From Candidatus Binatia bacterium (lineage in GTDB: Bacteria; Desulfobacterota; Binatia; Bin18): 64,000 nucleotides of DNA. The stretch's first letter is position 1. Each line of letters opens with the position of its first letter. The stretch covers positions 105,608-169,607 of the forward strand of contig CAXXHG010000039.1 in NCBI GenBank assembly GCA_963666315.2, given 5' to 3'. The notes beneath the pieces are model-generated. The model was not told where the DNA came from. It saw only the letters and a list, made by a program, of their open reading frames with translations, and made no database searches. The translations under genes and the position numbers were made by a program. Below, piece by piece: positions 53,942-64,000 of the stretch.

Positions 53942-54910
53942 CTAGCGGCGCGCTTGTACTTCAGCCAGATTGACGCAGTTAATGAGTGGCTCGCCTGCGC
54001 GAAGTCGGTTGACGTTCGCCGCTAAGCCACGAGCAATGTCGTTATACGACAAGTCTGTCACTCCGGCGGTGTGGGGTGTCGCTATCACGTTGTACTGGAA
54101 AAGCGGATCGCTTGGATCCGTCGGCTCGTCCCAGAACACATCCAAGCCGGCACCGGCGATCTGCTTCTGCTTGAGGGCTTCGACCAGCGCGTCGTGGTCG
54201 ATCACCGGCCCCCGGCCGACATTAATGAGAAAAGCTTTGTTCTTCATGCCGGCGAAGGCTAGGGTGTCGATAATTCCATGCGTTTGCGGTGTGACGGGAA
54301 GCGCCAAGACCACGAAATCCGCTTCTGCCAGAACGCGAGCCAAATCCTGCACGCCCCCAAGAAAATCAAGGCCACATGCTGCTTGCACTTCGTCGGACGG
54401 ATGCTGTTTCATGCCGAGCAAGCGCACGCCGAAGTTTCGTAGCCGTCGGGCCAGCTCGGCTCCTATGCTGCCCACGCCAATGATGGCAACGGTTTTTCCT
54501 AGCAGACCTTTGCCCATGGGCGCGCCGAAGACCTTCTGGCGCACATTCTCAGCCGCTTGGGGAAATTTACGGGCCAAGGCCAGCATGAGAAAAATCGCAT
54601 GTTCTGAGACCGAGGCCGCGTTTCCGGTCCCTTGATGGCCGGGAACATTGGCCACATAGATGCTCTGCTCAGTGGCGGCGGGAATATCAACGCCCTCAAG
54701 TCCGACACCGAACTGGTGAATCAGCATGGCTGAGGTCTGAGCGATGATCTGTGCATCCACGCGGTGCATGGCCGGGACCAGGACATCCATATGCGTCGTG
54801 GTTTTGAGGACCTGATCGGCAGGACACGAGACAATTGTGTCCTGCGGCAAATGTTTCTGCAGCATCTCTGAGCAGTGAGGAAAATGGGAGCCGCAGATGA
54901 GGATTTTCAT
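53942..54910 (-). CDS. D-isomer-specific 2-hydroxyacid dehydrogenase
   Basis: GVGSIG, INVGRG, GLDVFWDEP, TPHTAG. Confidence 0.93.
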   Translation of the reverse strand: MKILICGSHFPHCSEMLQKHLPQDTIVSCPADQVLKTTTHMDVLVPAMHRVDAQIIAQTSAMLIHQFGVGLEGVDIPAATEQSIYVANVPGHQGTGNAASVSEHAIFLMLALARKFPQAAENVRQKVFGAPMGKGLLGKTVAIIGVGSIGAELARRLRNFGVRLLGMKQHPSDEVQAACGLDFLGGVQDLARVLAEADFVVLALPVTPQTHGIIDTLAFAGMKNKAFLINVGRGPVIDHDALVEALKQKQIAGAGLDVFWDEPTDPSDPLFQYNVIATPHTAGVTDLSYNDIARGLAANVNRLRAGEPLINCVNLAEVQARR

Positions 54911-55935
54911 AGTGTGGATTTTTCGGATTCAGGCTCAACGATGGCCGATATGGCTCCACATAAGAGTGTGGCTGTCTGCTGAGCGAAGAGTCGGAGCAGA
55001 TCTGCCGGTCGGCAGCCGGCTGCCGCCGGATGCCCCCCCCCTCCAAAAGCGGCGGCAAGCTGAGACAAATCGATCGGACAGTCGGGCGAACGACGTAAGC
55101 TGACGCCTTCGCCTTTGAGGTCATAAAAGGCAAACACGGTCTGGGTCGTCTTCTTGCCCCAGGCATCGCCGATTTCACTGGGATGCCCTTCGCATACGGC
55201 GGCAACCAGCGTGTACGGGGTGCCGGCAATCGGCTTGCTGACGCGGCTTTTTTCTGCCAGCTCGAAGCTCGACTGAATCTCCTGCACGGCTTTCTTGTAT
55301 GCCGTTTGCATGACGGGTGTATACGTTGCCTGGGTATCAATGCCGAGTAGTTCGTTGTAGCCGTCGAGACTATCGCGGTCGGCACCCATGGTCCGAATGG
55401 TCAAGGCAAGCTCTCGCGAGCCTGGAATGGCGTGGATCCAGCGGTCGGTATCATCCGCCATGGCCGCAACATGGGCGAAGTCGGTAAAGGCCGGGTTGTG
55501 CTGACCGGCTAGGGTGAGTTGTTCTTCGAGATAGTCGTAGACGAGACGGGCCGCAGAATATTTTTCGCTAACAAGATAGTGGCTAAAAGGGACTTGAATA
55601 TCGCCCTTGTCGAGTCGGGCCAAGGCGGTTCTATGATGATCGAACCAGTAAATTTTAACGCCACTTTCTGCAAGCTGGCAGAGATGGTCGTCGGTTTCCT
55701 TTTCAGTCCAAGAAATATCGGTAATCCAGAGTTCACTGTCCAGCGGAGCAGCGTCCGCATGAATCGAACGGAGTACTTCATTAATCCGTTCGTTGCCGGA
55801 AAAGTGGGGGATGATCTGCGTGCCGGCGCGGTAGCGCGCGACAGACACGGCTGCGGCGACGCCGTCCAGGCAGTAGGGACCGTGGCTGACAATATGCACG
55901 CACAGCGGATGAAGAGAGGATATCGCGTCGCTCAT
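54907..55935 (-). CDS. DHH/DHHA1 phosphoesterase (nanoRNase-like)
   Basis: CLDG, ITD, FDHH, SLR, GGGHPAAAG. Confidence 0.85.
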   Translation of the reverse strand: MSDAISSLHPLCVHIVSHGPYCLDGVAAAVSVARYRAGTQIIPHFSGNERINEVLRSIHADAAPLDSELWITDISWTEKETDDHLCQLAESGVKIYWFDHHRTALARLDKGDIQVPFSHYLVSEKYSAARLVYDYLEEQLTLAGQHNPAFTDFAHVAAMADDTDRWIHAIPGSRELALTIRTMGADRDSLDGYNELLGIDTQATYTPVMQTAYKKAVQEIQSSFELAEKSRVSKPIAGTPYTLVAAVCEGHPSEIGDAWGKKTTQTVFAFYDLKGEGVSLRRSPDCPIDLSQLAAAFGGGGHPAAAGCRPADLLRLFAQQTATLLCGAISAIVEPESEKSTL

Positions 55936-55993
55936 AGAGGGTAACGTAGCATAGAAAATAGTTTCGACGAGAGGTGGGCGTGTGTACGCGTGT

Positions 55994-56962
55994 TCACGTT
56001 CGGGCGGCGTCCATCACTTTTTCGATATCGAGGACACGCGGACCGTCCCATGACAGTTCGATTTCCCAGTCATCAGCGGCATTCACAATAATCTCACGCT
56101 CGCCGTCAAGCGCAAGAATCGAGGGCTTAAAGGTGACGGGAATCCGGGTGCCGCGCTGCATGGGCGTGTGATGGTGGATAGAGACCGGCACGACGATGCC
56201 CGGCGCAATAGGAGCGACAATGGACTGTGCCGTGCCCCCGAGCTGTACATACAGTCCGCCTTCTTCGCGTGGGTGGACGGGATGCAGCATGCCGCCGATA
56301 GACGCCAACCCTATATTCGTGGGACGCCCTTGGGTCAGAAACAATTCCTTCAGTCTGTCTATCTCCCACACCGCTCTGGCCCCGACAAACTGGTAATCGC
56401 ATACGGCGACATCTATCAGTGCGAGATCTTCTAGTTCTCCATTGCGGTAGAGGTTGAGCCGTTTGGTCGGACGGCTGAAAGCGTCCGCGGAGAATTGGCG
56501 CGTCGCATAATAGCCCGCAGCTAAACCTGCCAGCGTAGACTCCAAGAATTGCGGAAAGGTATTATTCGTACCAGTGGAAAGAGGAATCAACGGCATGGAA
56601 CCGCTGCCCTTAGTGACCACGCGGTTCGTCCCGTCTCCGCCAATGACGATGGCACACGCTACCCCTTGCTCGTTCATGAACTGCGCTGCGCGTGTCGAAT
56701 CGCCCGCCTCGTCGAAGACCGACATGTCTAAAAAACGTGGCGTAATGTGGAGTTCGTTTTCAATGCCGGACAGAGCTTTGGCGCCGATATTGGCTGGGTC
56801 AGGGAAGAAGACGACCTCCTCACCTCCAGCGCCTTGAATGCCGAGAATGGCGCGCCGTACGATATAGACTTTTTCTTGCGTATCGAGGATGGACCCGTGT
56901 GCCGCCAGGCGACGGATGTCCTTGCCTGCCCGTGGATTTGCAATAATGCCGACGGATGCCAT
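55994..56962 (-). CDS. acoX: AcoX / ATP-NAD kinase family protein
   Basis: IIANPRAGKDIRRL, GGDGT, STGTNN; follows acoAB. Confidence 0.85.
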   Translation of the reverse strand: MASVGIIANPRAGKDIRRLAAHGSILDTQEKVYIVRRAILGIQGAGGEEVVFFPDPANIGAKALSGIENELHITPRFLDMSVFDEAGDSTRAAQFMNEQGVACAIVIGGDGTNRVVTKGSGSMPLIPLSTGTNNTFPQFLESTLAGLAAGYYATRQFSADAFSRPTKRLNLYRNGELEDLALIDVAVCDYQFVGARAVWEIDRLKELFLTQGRPTNIGLASIGGMLHPVHPREEGGLYVQLGGTAQSIVAPIAPGIVVPVSIHHHTPMQRGTRIPVTFKPSILALDGEREIIVNAADDWEIELSWDGPRVLDIEKVMDAART

Positions 56963-57049
56963 GAGAAACTGGGGCTGGGGGGTAGGGATTAGGGGTTAGG
57001 AGTTGAGCCTTCTTATGCTCTAATCCCTACCCCCTCAAACCTATTCCCC

Positions 57050-58063
57050 TTAAAACAATCCTAGTGCCGTCTCGATAATTTTCTGCGGATTGGGCAGATA
57101 ATGGTCCTCTAAGGGCGGACTAAACGGCACTGGTGTATGCGGTGAGCAGACGATTTTAATCGGCGCATTCAGATCATCAAACCCTTTATCCGCAACCAGC
57201 GCGGCAATGTCGGTGCCGATATTACAGCGGGGATGGGATTCGTCGGCGACGATGAGACGACCGGTCTTGTGGACCGACTCCAGCACGGTGTCTTCATCAA
57301 ACGGCGAGAGCGTGCGCGGGTCTATGACCTCGGCGCTCTTCCCCTGTTTTTCGAGTTCAGTCGCGGCATCCAGAGCGTGGTGGACCATTTTGCCGATTGC
57401 GACAATGGTCACATCGGTGCCCGCGCGCTTAATGTCGGCCTTCCCTAATGGAATGCTGTAGTCTCCTTCGGGGACACCGCCCTTCATGGCCCCAAACGTG
57501 ATATCTTCGAAGAAGATGACCAGATCGTCGTCCCGGATGGATGAAATCAGCAGTCCCTTGGCATCATACGGCGTGGAAGGAACGACGGTTTTGAGACCCG
57601 GGATATGCGTGAACAGAGAGTGCAGGACTTGCGAGTGCTGGGCCGCCGCGCGATAGCCACCACCACAGATGGTACGAATGACTAAGGGAACCTTGGCTTT
57701 GCCGCCAAACATATAACGCAGCTTGGCACCCTGGTTCAAAATCTGATCAAAACACACGCCCATAAAGCCGACGAACATCATTTCGACGATGGGACGCAGA
57801 CCGGTTACCGCCGCACCAACCGCGGCACCAATGAAACCGGATTCGCTAATCGGGGTATCCAGGACCCTCTCTCGCCCAAATTCTTTGACTAAGCCTTTTG
57901 TTACACCGAGCACGCCGCCCCACGCATCGTCTCCCTCTAGGTGTTCAACCCCAGCCCCGCCGGCGACATCTTCACCCATCAGAATCACGTTGGGATCCCG
58001 CCGCATCTCGAGGGTCATTGCTTCGCGCAGTGCCTGACCAAAATTAAGTTCTCGTTCTGCCAT
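57050..58063 (-). CDS. acoB: acetoin dehydrogenase-type TPP-dependent E1 beta subunit
   Basis: GEDVAGG..AWGGVLGVTKGL, DTPISE, AAQHSQ. Confidence 0.9.
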   Translation of the reverse strand: MAERELNFGQALREAMTLEMRRDPNVILMGEDVAGGAGVEHLEGDDAWGGVLGVTKGLVKEFGRERVLDTPISESGFIGAAVGAAVTGLRPIVEMMFVGFMGVCFDQILNQGAKLRYMFGGKAKVPLVIRTICGGGYRAAAQHSQVLHSLFTHIPGLKTVVPSTPYDAKGLLISSIRDDDLVIFFEDITFGAMKGGVPEGDYSIPLGKADIKRAGTDVTIVAIGKMVHHALDAATELEKQGKSAEVIDPRTLSPFDEDTVLESVHKTGRLIVADESHPRCNIGTDIAALVADKGFDDLNAPIKIVCSPHTPVPFSPPLEDHYLPNPQKIIETALGLF

Positions 58064-58173
58064 ATTTATTCTCCGCAAAGGCGCAAAGGGATGCTGGGGG
58101 TGAGGGGATGGGGATAGGTAAGAACATGCTGTCCATACGCCAACCCCTAAAACCCTGCCCCTAGCCCCTCGTA

Positions 58174-59142
58174 CTAGTAGTTGACATACACATCCGTATA
58201 GGTCTCTTGGACTTCGGGGAACGGACTGTCTTCGGCAAATTTGACTGCCGCCTCAACCTCAGTTTTGGCGCGGTCTTCAATAGGCTGGAGTTCGTCCTCA
58301 GTGACCAGGTTGCGCGAAAGCACGTTCTTTTTGAAAACTGTGAGGGGATCAAGCTCGGTCTGATATTTCTTTTGCTCTTCCGGGATTTTATAGGTTTGCA
58401 TATCGCCTTCAAAATGCCCGTTCAGACGATATGTCTTGCACTCCAGCAGGGTGGGTCCGTGTCCGGCGCGCGCGCGGGCAATGGCTTCATGGGCTGCTTC
58501 GTGGACGGCAAAAACATCATTCCCGTCTATGGTCACACCCGGCATATTATAGGCGACCGCCCGGTCCGCAATATTTTCAACACTGCAGTGGTACTGGGAT
58601 GGTGTGGCCTCCGCGTAGCCGTTGTTTTCCGCGACAAAAACGACGGGCAGATTCCAAATTGCGGCAAGATTGAGACTCTCGTGCAGCGTGCCCTGCTGGG
58701 ACGCGCCGTCCCCGAAGAAACACACCGTGACCTGATCGGTGCCTTTGGTTTTTGCGCTGAGGGCAGATCCGCAGGCGAGCGGTGGGCCGGCTCCGACAAT
58801 GCCGTTCGCGCCGAGCATGCCTTTATCCATATCGGCAATATGCATGGAGCCGCCCTTGCCTTTGCAAATGCCGGTGGCCTTGCCAAATAGCTCAGCCATC
58901 ATGCCGCGTATGCCCACACCTTTGGCGATACAGTGGCCGTGTCCCCGGTGGGTCGACGTCATATAGTCGGCGTCGGTCAGATTGGAGCAGATGCCGACGG
59001 CGACGGCCTCCTCTCCCGCATACAGATGGACAAAACCGGGAATCTTGCCTTTCCCAAATTCGGCCTTGACTTGGTTTTCAAAAAGACGGATGGTCTGCAT
59101 CCGTTCGTACATCCATAAAAGCTTATCTTTACTGAGTTCCAC
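58174..59142 (-). CDS. acoA: acetoin dehydrogenase-type TPP-dependent E1 alpha subunit
   Basis: GFVHLYAGEEA, STHRGHGH, GDGA TPP motif, GHFEGD. Confidence 0.9.
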   Translation of the reverse strand: MELSKDKLLWMYERMQTIRLFENQVKAEFGKGKIPGFVHLYAGEEAVAVGICSNLTDADYMTSTHRGHGHCIAKGVGIRGMMAELFGKATGICKGKGGSMHIADMDKGMLGANGIVGAGPPLACGSALSAKTKGTDQVTVCFFGDGASQQGTLHESLNLAAIWNLPVVFVAENNGYAEATPSQYHCSVENIADRAVAYNMPGVTIDGNDVFAVHEAAHEAIARARAGHGPTLLECKTYRLNGHFEGDMQTYKIPEEQKKYQTELDPLTVFKKNVLSRNLVTEDELQPIEDRAKTEVEAAVKFAEDSPFPEVQETYTDVYVNY

Positions 59143-59290
59143 GAGGCCCTCCTTATCCCGCCGAGGCTAGACGGGGCTGGCTGAAGCTTGATTCGGCTTC
59201 ATAGCACGAAATGCGTGGAGGGGAAACTGAATGTAGGTGGTGCGCGGTTCTGGAGTGCAAGGGGTACTGAGCCGAGTGTTGGGCGAACGA

Positions 59291-60676
59291 TTATGCGTCC
59301 TCGTCCGGGAGCTGATACGCCGTACCGACGATCAGGTGCTTCAGGTCGTAGTTCCACCGACTCATCCACTGCTCCACAATGTGATACGCCGGGCATTGGC
59401 CTTTTGCGACCTCTTCGCTCAGTCGTTCGATATAGATGGTTTCGTTTTCTCCGTCCTGGTTGCAATTGTTGTGGCGCTCCAGCCCCTCGCGCGCAATCAT
59501 GACTAGTTCTTTGGCTAAATCGAGCAGCCGAATCCCATGTACCCGCGCGCCGAGCGCTTGGCGGTGGGCTTCGTGATAGGCCGTGATCCGTTCTTCCCAG
59601 CTCCACTTTTTCACCAAGTCCCAGGCTGCCAACAATGGGTCGTTATCAAAGAAGATGCCCTTGGTGAGGGCGGGAACAGCCAGCATGTATTCAAATGGCT
59701 GATTATCAAAGCAACGAATTTCTAAATATTTCTTGATTCGGACTTCTGGAAAGAGGGTAGTCAAATGGATGCCCCAATCCTCGATGGTGGCACGTTCGTC
59801 GTTGTGGCCGTGCTCAAGAAACTGCCGAAACGACAGGTGTGTCATATTGGTCCATTGCCCTTGGCGCACGATGCCATACATGGGGATGTTGAGCGCGTAC
59901 TCCGTATAGTCCTCAAAGCTGGGCGAGTCGGCAAAGGCAAACGGAAGCAGGCCGCAGCGCCGGGGGTCGGTGTCTGTCCAGACATGCCCGCGCATGGTCA
60001 TAAAGCCGTTCAGGCTGCCGTCAGAAATCGGCGAATTGGCAAACATGGCAGTCAGGAGGGGCACGAGGCCCATGCCGACCTTAAATTTCATCATGGCGTC
60101 GGTTTCGTCACTAAAGTCGAAATTGACCTGGATGGAAGCCGTTTGCTTCATCATCCGATGGCCCAGGCGGCCGACCTTCTCCATATACGGAGCCATGATC
60201 CGATAGCGCGCTTTAGGAATCCACTGGATGTCATCGAGGTAACTGACCGGCTGCATGCCCAGATTGACAAAATCGATGTCCAGCTCGTTGGCAATAGCCA
60301 GGAGATGTTTGAAGTGGTGGCGCAGTTCTCTGTCCGCGCAGTGCACGGTCTCACACTGTTCGCCTGAGAGTTCGACCTGGGCACCAGGCTCGAGCGCGAT
60401 ATTCGCCCGCTCGCCTTGCAGGGCGATGACGTGGCCTTCTTCTTCTTGGGGTTCCCATTCTAGGGAGTCCGCCAGCCGATGCAGGATATGTTCGATGCCG
60501 CGCCGACCGGCATACCGAGCCGCCCGCCCACTGCGGCGAGAGACGCCCAGCATCTCGTATTCTGTACCGATTCGCCAATCTTCCCGGGGCTTTGCGGCTT
60601 GAAGGAAATATTCTGTGAGCTGTGCGCGGTCTTCAATAACCAGGTCCGCTTCTGGTCCTTCGACGTATTGTGACAT
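59291..60676 (-). CDS. gshA: glutamate--cysteine ligase (plant/alphaproteobacterial type)
   Basis: IGTEYE, LEPGAQVELSG, QVNFDF, FANSP, TTLFPEVR, YLEIR. Confidence 0.92.
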   Translation of the reverse strand: MSQYVEGPEADLVIEDRAQLTEYFLQAAKPREDWRIGTEYEMLGVSRRSGRAARYAGRRGIEHILHRLADSLEWEPQEEEGHVIALQGERANIALEPGAQVELSGEQCETVHCADRELRHHFKHLLAIANELDIDFVNLGMQPVSYLDDIQWIPKARYRIMAPYMEKVGRLGHRMMKQTASIQVNFDFSDETDAMMKFKVGMGLVPLLTAMFANSPISDGSLNGFMTMRGHVWTDTDPRRCGLLPFAFADSPSFEDYTEYALNIPMYGIVRQGQWTNMTHLSFRQFLEHGHNDERATIEDWGIHLTTLFPEVRIKKYLEIRCFDNQPFEYMLAVPALTKGIFFDNDPLLAAWDLVKKWSWEERITAYHEAHRQALGARVHGIRLLDLAKELVMIAREGLERHNNCNQDGENETIYIERLSEEVAKGQCPAYHIVEQWMSRWNYDLKHLIVGTAYQLPDEDA

Positions 60677-60887
60677 CCTGCGACATCCCTCTCCTCTTGC
60701 CCTTTTTGAGAGCCCTGTGGCAAGGCGAACCTAACGTAACTAGCCGAAGCGGCTAAGGCAAGGGGATTTTGGCAAGGGGCAGAAAGGGGCGGACAGGGCG
60801 CGGAGACTTCTTAGTTTTGAAAGTAGCCGGAACAATGGTTTGGTAGGCGTGAGAAGACCGAGATTGTTCTCACTGTGTCAGCTGGGG

Positions 60888-62124
60888 CTACTCTGTACTG
60901 AGTCGATATCCCGCCTTCTTTAGGGCGTGGTATACGCTATCGATGTGGGGGCGCGTGGAGGTTTCAAGGGTAAGCGTGCGCTCGGATTCCCCGATCTCGG
61001 CCTTGCTGAATCCCCGGGTGTGCGTGATCGCGAGAACATTTGCGCCCTGCTCAGCGACAATAGTGCTGACCTGGGCGAGTGCTCCTGGCCGGTCCGGGAC
61101 GATAAGAGAGACGCGGGCGACCCGTCCCTCCTGAACCAAGCCTTTTTCGATGACGCGCGCAATAATATTCACGTCAATATTTCCGCCCGACAGGAGGAGC
61201 ACAACTTTCTGTTTATGTAACCCGAGGGGACGGTTCAACAGCGCAGCCAGCGTCGTTGCCGCTGCACCTTCGACGACCGTTTTTTCATCCTCAAGCAGTA
61301 AGAGAATGGCGTGTGCGATCTCGGTTTCGTTTACCAGAACAACATCATCAACGTAGCGTTGCACCAGGGGCAGGGTGAGGTCCCCCACCCGACGCACGGC
61401 AATACCGTCAGCAAGCGCTGAGGCCGGCGGACATGACACTAAGCTGCCCGCCCGAAGCGCGGCTTGCATGCCTGGCATCCGTTCCGCTTGCACGCCGATG
61501 ATGCGAATGCTGCGAGTCTGCGTGCCGCTTTGAGCGTCTCTCAAAGCGACGCTTTCTTTGAGGGCAATGCTTATGCCACTAATGAGCCCGCCTCCCCCGA
61601 CGGGAACGATGATGGCCTGCACGTCGGGGACTTGTTCTTGAATCTCCAAACCGAGAGTGCCTTGGCCCGCAATTACGGCCGGGTCATCAAATGCGGGAAT
61701 GAAACACTGGGTCCGCGCGGTTTGCACTGCCGCGCATGTGCCAGCGCGGCATCGAAGTCATCGCCTTCTAAGATGACCTGGGCGTTATAGCGCCGCGCAC
61801 GGGACACTTTAATAAGCGGAGCAAAGCGCGGCATGACAATGGCGGCAGGAATGCCGAGGCGCTGGGCATGAAACGCGACAGCGAGACCATGATTGCCGGC
61901 GCTTGCTGCAATTACGCCCTGTTGCCGTTCGTCTGCGTCCAGCGAGAGCAGCTTGTTCAGGGCCCCCGTTCTTTGAACGAGCCGGTCATCTGGAGGTTGT
62001 CTAGCTTGAGAAAGACCTGTGCCCCGGCTAGCGCGCTCATGGTTTCGGAGTACACACAGGGCGAACAATAGATGGTTGAACCGATCCGTTCCCGAGCAGT
62101 TTTGATGTCGGCGAGAGTGAGCAT
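60888..62124 (-). pseudogene. ilvA: threonine ammonia-lyase with ACT domain, two frameshifts (about 61965 and 61726)
   Basis: [11 protein letters not shown]|GALNK..ASAGNH|FDD..GQGT..VGGGGL..SGGN..DRPG recovered across three frames. Confidence 0.85.
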
Positions 62125-62235
62125 GATTTTATCTCCATACCTTATTCATTAATCAGAGCCTTCTTTGGGGGCTGTTTCCCATCAAATGACAAATTCAATA
62201 TCTGATCCTACAACCCGGTTAACAAGGAGAGCGAC

Positions 62236-62600
62236 GTGGACTGCACCCCTTGCTTGAGACAAAGAGATAAGCTCATGGTGGTGGTCAAGGGGGAAGGTCA
62301 GTGGGACTGAAACGACGACAGTTTACGCGGGAGTTCAAGCTGCAGGTGATACGTGAAGTGGAAGCAGGCAAGCCAATTGCCCAGGTAGCATGGAGGCATC
62401 GGGTGCATTCCACGCAGGTCGGGAAGTGGCGGCAGGTCCATCGGCGCTACGCGGAGGCGGCCTTTGCGGGCAACGGCCAGGCGTATCAGGACGGCGCGAA
62501 GGTGGCGGAATTGGAACGGATGGTGGGGCAGCTGACGAGGGAGAACGCCCTGTTAAAAAAAGCCTTGCTGCAGCTCGAAGGACATACGGGGGCACGCTAC
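62236..62600 (+). mobile_element. IS3-family remnant (IRL plus orfA only)
   Basis: tggactgcacccc end; OrfA RRQFTREFKLQVI...ELERMVGQLTRENALLKKA (62301-62580); no orfB; weak IRR gggggcacgctac. Confidence 0.75.
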
Positions 62601-62643
62601 TTTTTTGTTCATCTCGCCACAACGAGCGCGCCGCGCTCTGGGG

Positions 62644-62717
62644 GACTCAGCACCAACGGGGTGAACCAGGCTGACAGGCCCATGTCCGTTCACCCTGAGC
62701 TTGTCGAAGGGCGAACG
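62644..62717. repeat. intergenic palindromic repeat (same family as 33842-33956)
   Basis: ctcagcaccaacgg...ccgttcaccctgagcttgtcgaagggcgaacg. Confidence 0.7.
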
Positions 62718-62852
62718 ACAAGACGGGGAATGTACAGTCGTCAAGAAGAAACAGCGCGGATGGTAGGGCGGGTCGTGACCCGCCGACAAATGGGTGGACC
62801 GCTGGTCCACCCGACCAATGCAGGTGACGATGTTGCTCATGATGGACGCGGA

Positions 62853-63890
62853 CTAGCGCTCCACTGGCAGCTGTTGTTCGTTCCAGTCGAGCATGCCGCC
62901 CTTCAGGTTAGAAACGTGACGGAATCCTAGTCCAGTCAGAATGGCTGCGGCAGTCGTGCTACGGACTCCGGCTCGACACACAACAATGACATGTGTGTCT
63001 TTGTGCTGTTCGATTTCTCCGGTACGAGTGGGAACCTCTTTGAGCGGGATGAGGAGACTGGCATGAATGTGGCCGAGTTCATCGCTGTATTCGGCCGGCT
63101 CGCGCACGTCGAGCAGGAGGGGTGGGGCAGGACTATCAAGTTGAGCCTGCACGTCTCGCGCCGGCAATTGGCGTACACTGTTCAGCTCTGAGAGACTCGG
63201 AAATTGGATGGACTCATCTTCAATGGCGGACTGGTTAGGCTGGAGAACTTCCTGAATTTTATCTGGTAGCGAGAGGTTGAGACTGTTCATGAGATCGACG
63301 TACTCTTGTCTGCTTTTGCCTGCCACGCGTGGGTTCGTTTGTTTTTCTTCTCCAATAGTTGATTGCGTATGCCCCCGGTAATCATGCCCGGGAAATACCA
63401 AGGTGCTCTCGGGCAAGGCGAAGAGTTTCCCCTGTATGCCGTCATATTGTGCGCCCGGATCGCCGCCTGGGAAATCGGTCCGCCCGGTCCCGTGGATGAA
63501 AAGGGTATCGCCGGTGAAGACTCGGTCCATGGCGTGCAGACACATGCTGTCGGGCGTATGGCCTGGTGTGGCCAGCACGTGCAAGGTCAGCGTACCGACT
63601 CGAATCAACTGGCCATCGCACACGTGCATATCCACATGCGGCGCCGGGGCACGTTTGTGCATGATGACTGGGGCATCGGTGAGATCATGCAGTTCCCAAC
63701 TGCCTGTCAGGTGATCCGCATGTGTGTGGGTGTCGATGACGACGTCGAGGGTGTAGCCGTAATACGCGAGCAGGGCGAGATATCGGTCGGTTTTTTCGAA
63801 GACAGGGTCAATCAACGCGACTTTATGCGTCTTCTCACAGCCGATCAGATAGGTCTTGGTCGGGCTCCGGTTGAGTTCGCGAAATAGCAT
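62853..63890 (-). CDS. MBL-fold persulfide dioxygenase-rhodanese fusion
   Basis: THTHADH, TPGHT, GRTDF, PGHDY; C-terminal DVRE...CRAGVRS. Confidence 0.9.
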   Translation of the reverse strand: MLFRELNRSPTKTYLIGCEKTHKVALIDPVFEKTDRYLALLAYYGYTLDVVIDTHTHADHLTGSWELHDLTDAPVIMHKRAPAPHVDMHVCDGQLIRVGTLTLHVLATPGHTPDSMCLHAMDRVFTGDTLFIHGTGRTDFPGGDPGAQYDGIQGKLFALPESTLVFPGHDYRGHTQSTIGEEKQTNPRVAGKSRQEYVDLMNSLNLSLPDKIQEVLQPNQSAIEDESIQFPSLSELNSVRQLPARDVQAQLDSPAPPLLLDVREPAEYSDELGHIHASLLIPLKEVPTRTGEIEQHKDTHVIVVCRAGVRSTTAAAILTGLGFRHVSNLKGGMLDWNEQQLPVER

Positions 63891-64000
63891 GCTCGTCTCC
63901 CCCTCATCTAGACATCGATAATGGCTTCCGGCCCGACACCCGGAGTCGCGGTGTGTCGGGTGGGCGTGGTTATACATTTATGCAGCAGCATCCCCCCGAC

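Noticed and set aside
62581-62930. C-terminal half of the 209-aa ORF as transposase
   Set aside because: It is read-through across the IS end and a palindromic repeat (VHPELVEG) and has no DDE motif

Overview
Mostly a chromosomal housekeeping region of a moderately GC-rich diderm bacterium. The gene order looks deltaproteobacterial; a Binatia/Desulfobacterota-like lineage is an inference only. Core blocks: tRNA-Leu-valS-nadC-birA-coaX-fusA2; DUF465-ilvN-ilvC-psd-pssA; leu leader-leuA-leuB; glnB-glnA; plsY/tRNA-Pro; argBDFGH-lipoprotein-dapFAB; acoABX; gshA. The most notable signals missed by the ORF track are: (1) an AhpD/CMD-family gene split by an in-frame TGA in a CxxU motif with a SECIS-like hairpin (probable selenoprotein); (2) a translationally coupled outer-membrane-barrel / cupredoxin-like / HAMP-adenylate-cyclase operon, a candidate trans-envelope signalling system; (3) a diverged duplicate of the upstream region plus the 5' half of tRNA-Leu that brackets an orphan ORF; (4) a Leu-rich leader peptide attenuator upstream of leuA; (5) at least seven broken, mostly accessory genes among intact core genes; (6) several families of palindromic intergenic repeats and an internally deleted IS3. 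All calls come from reading the sequence; no database search was run.
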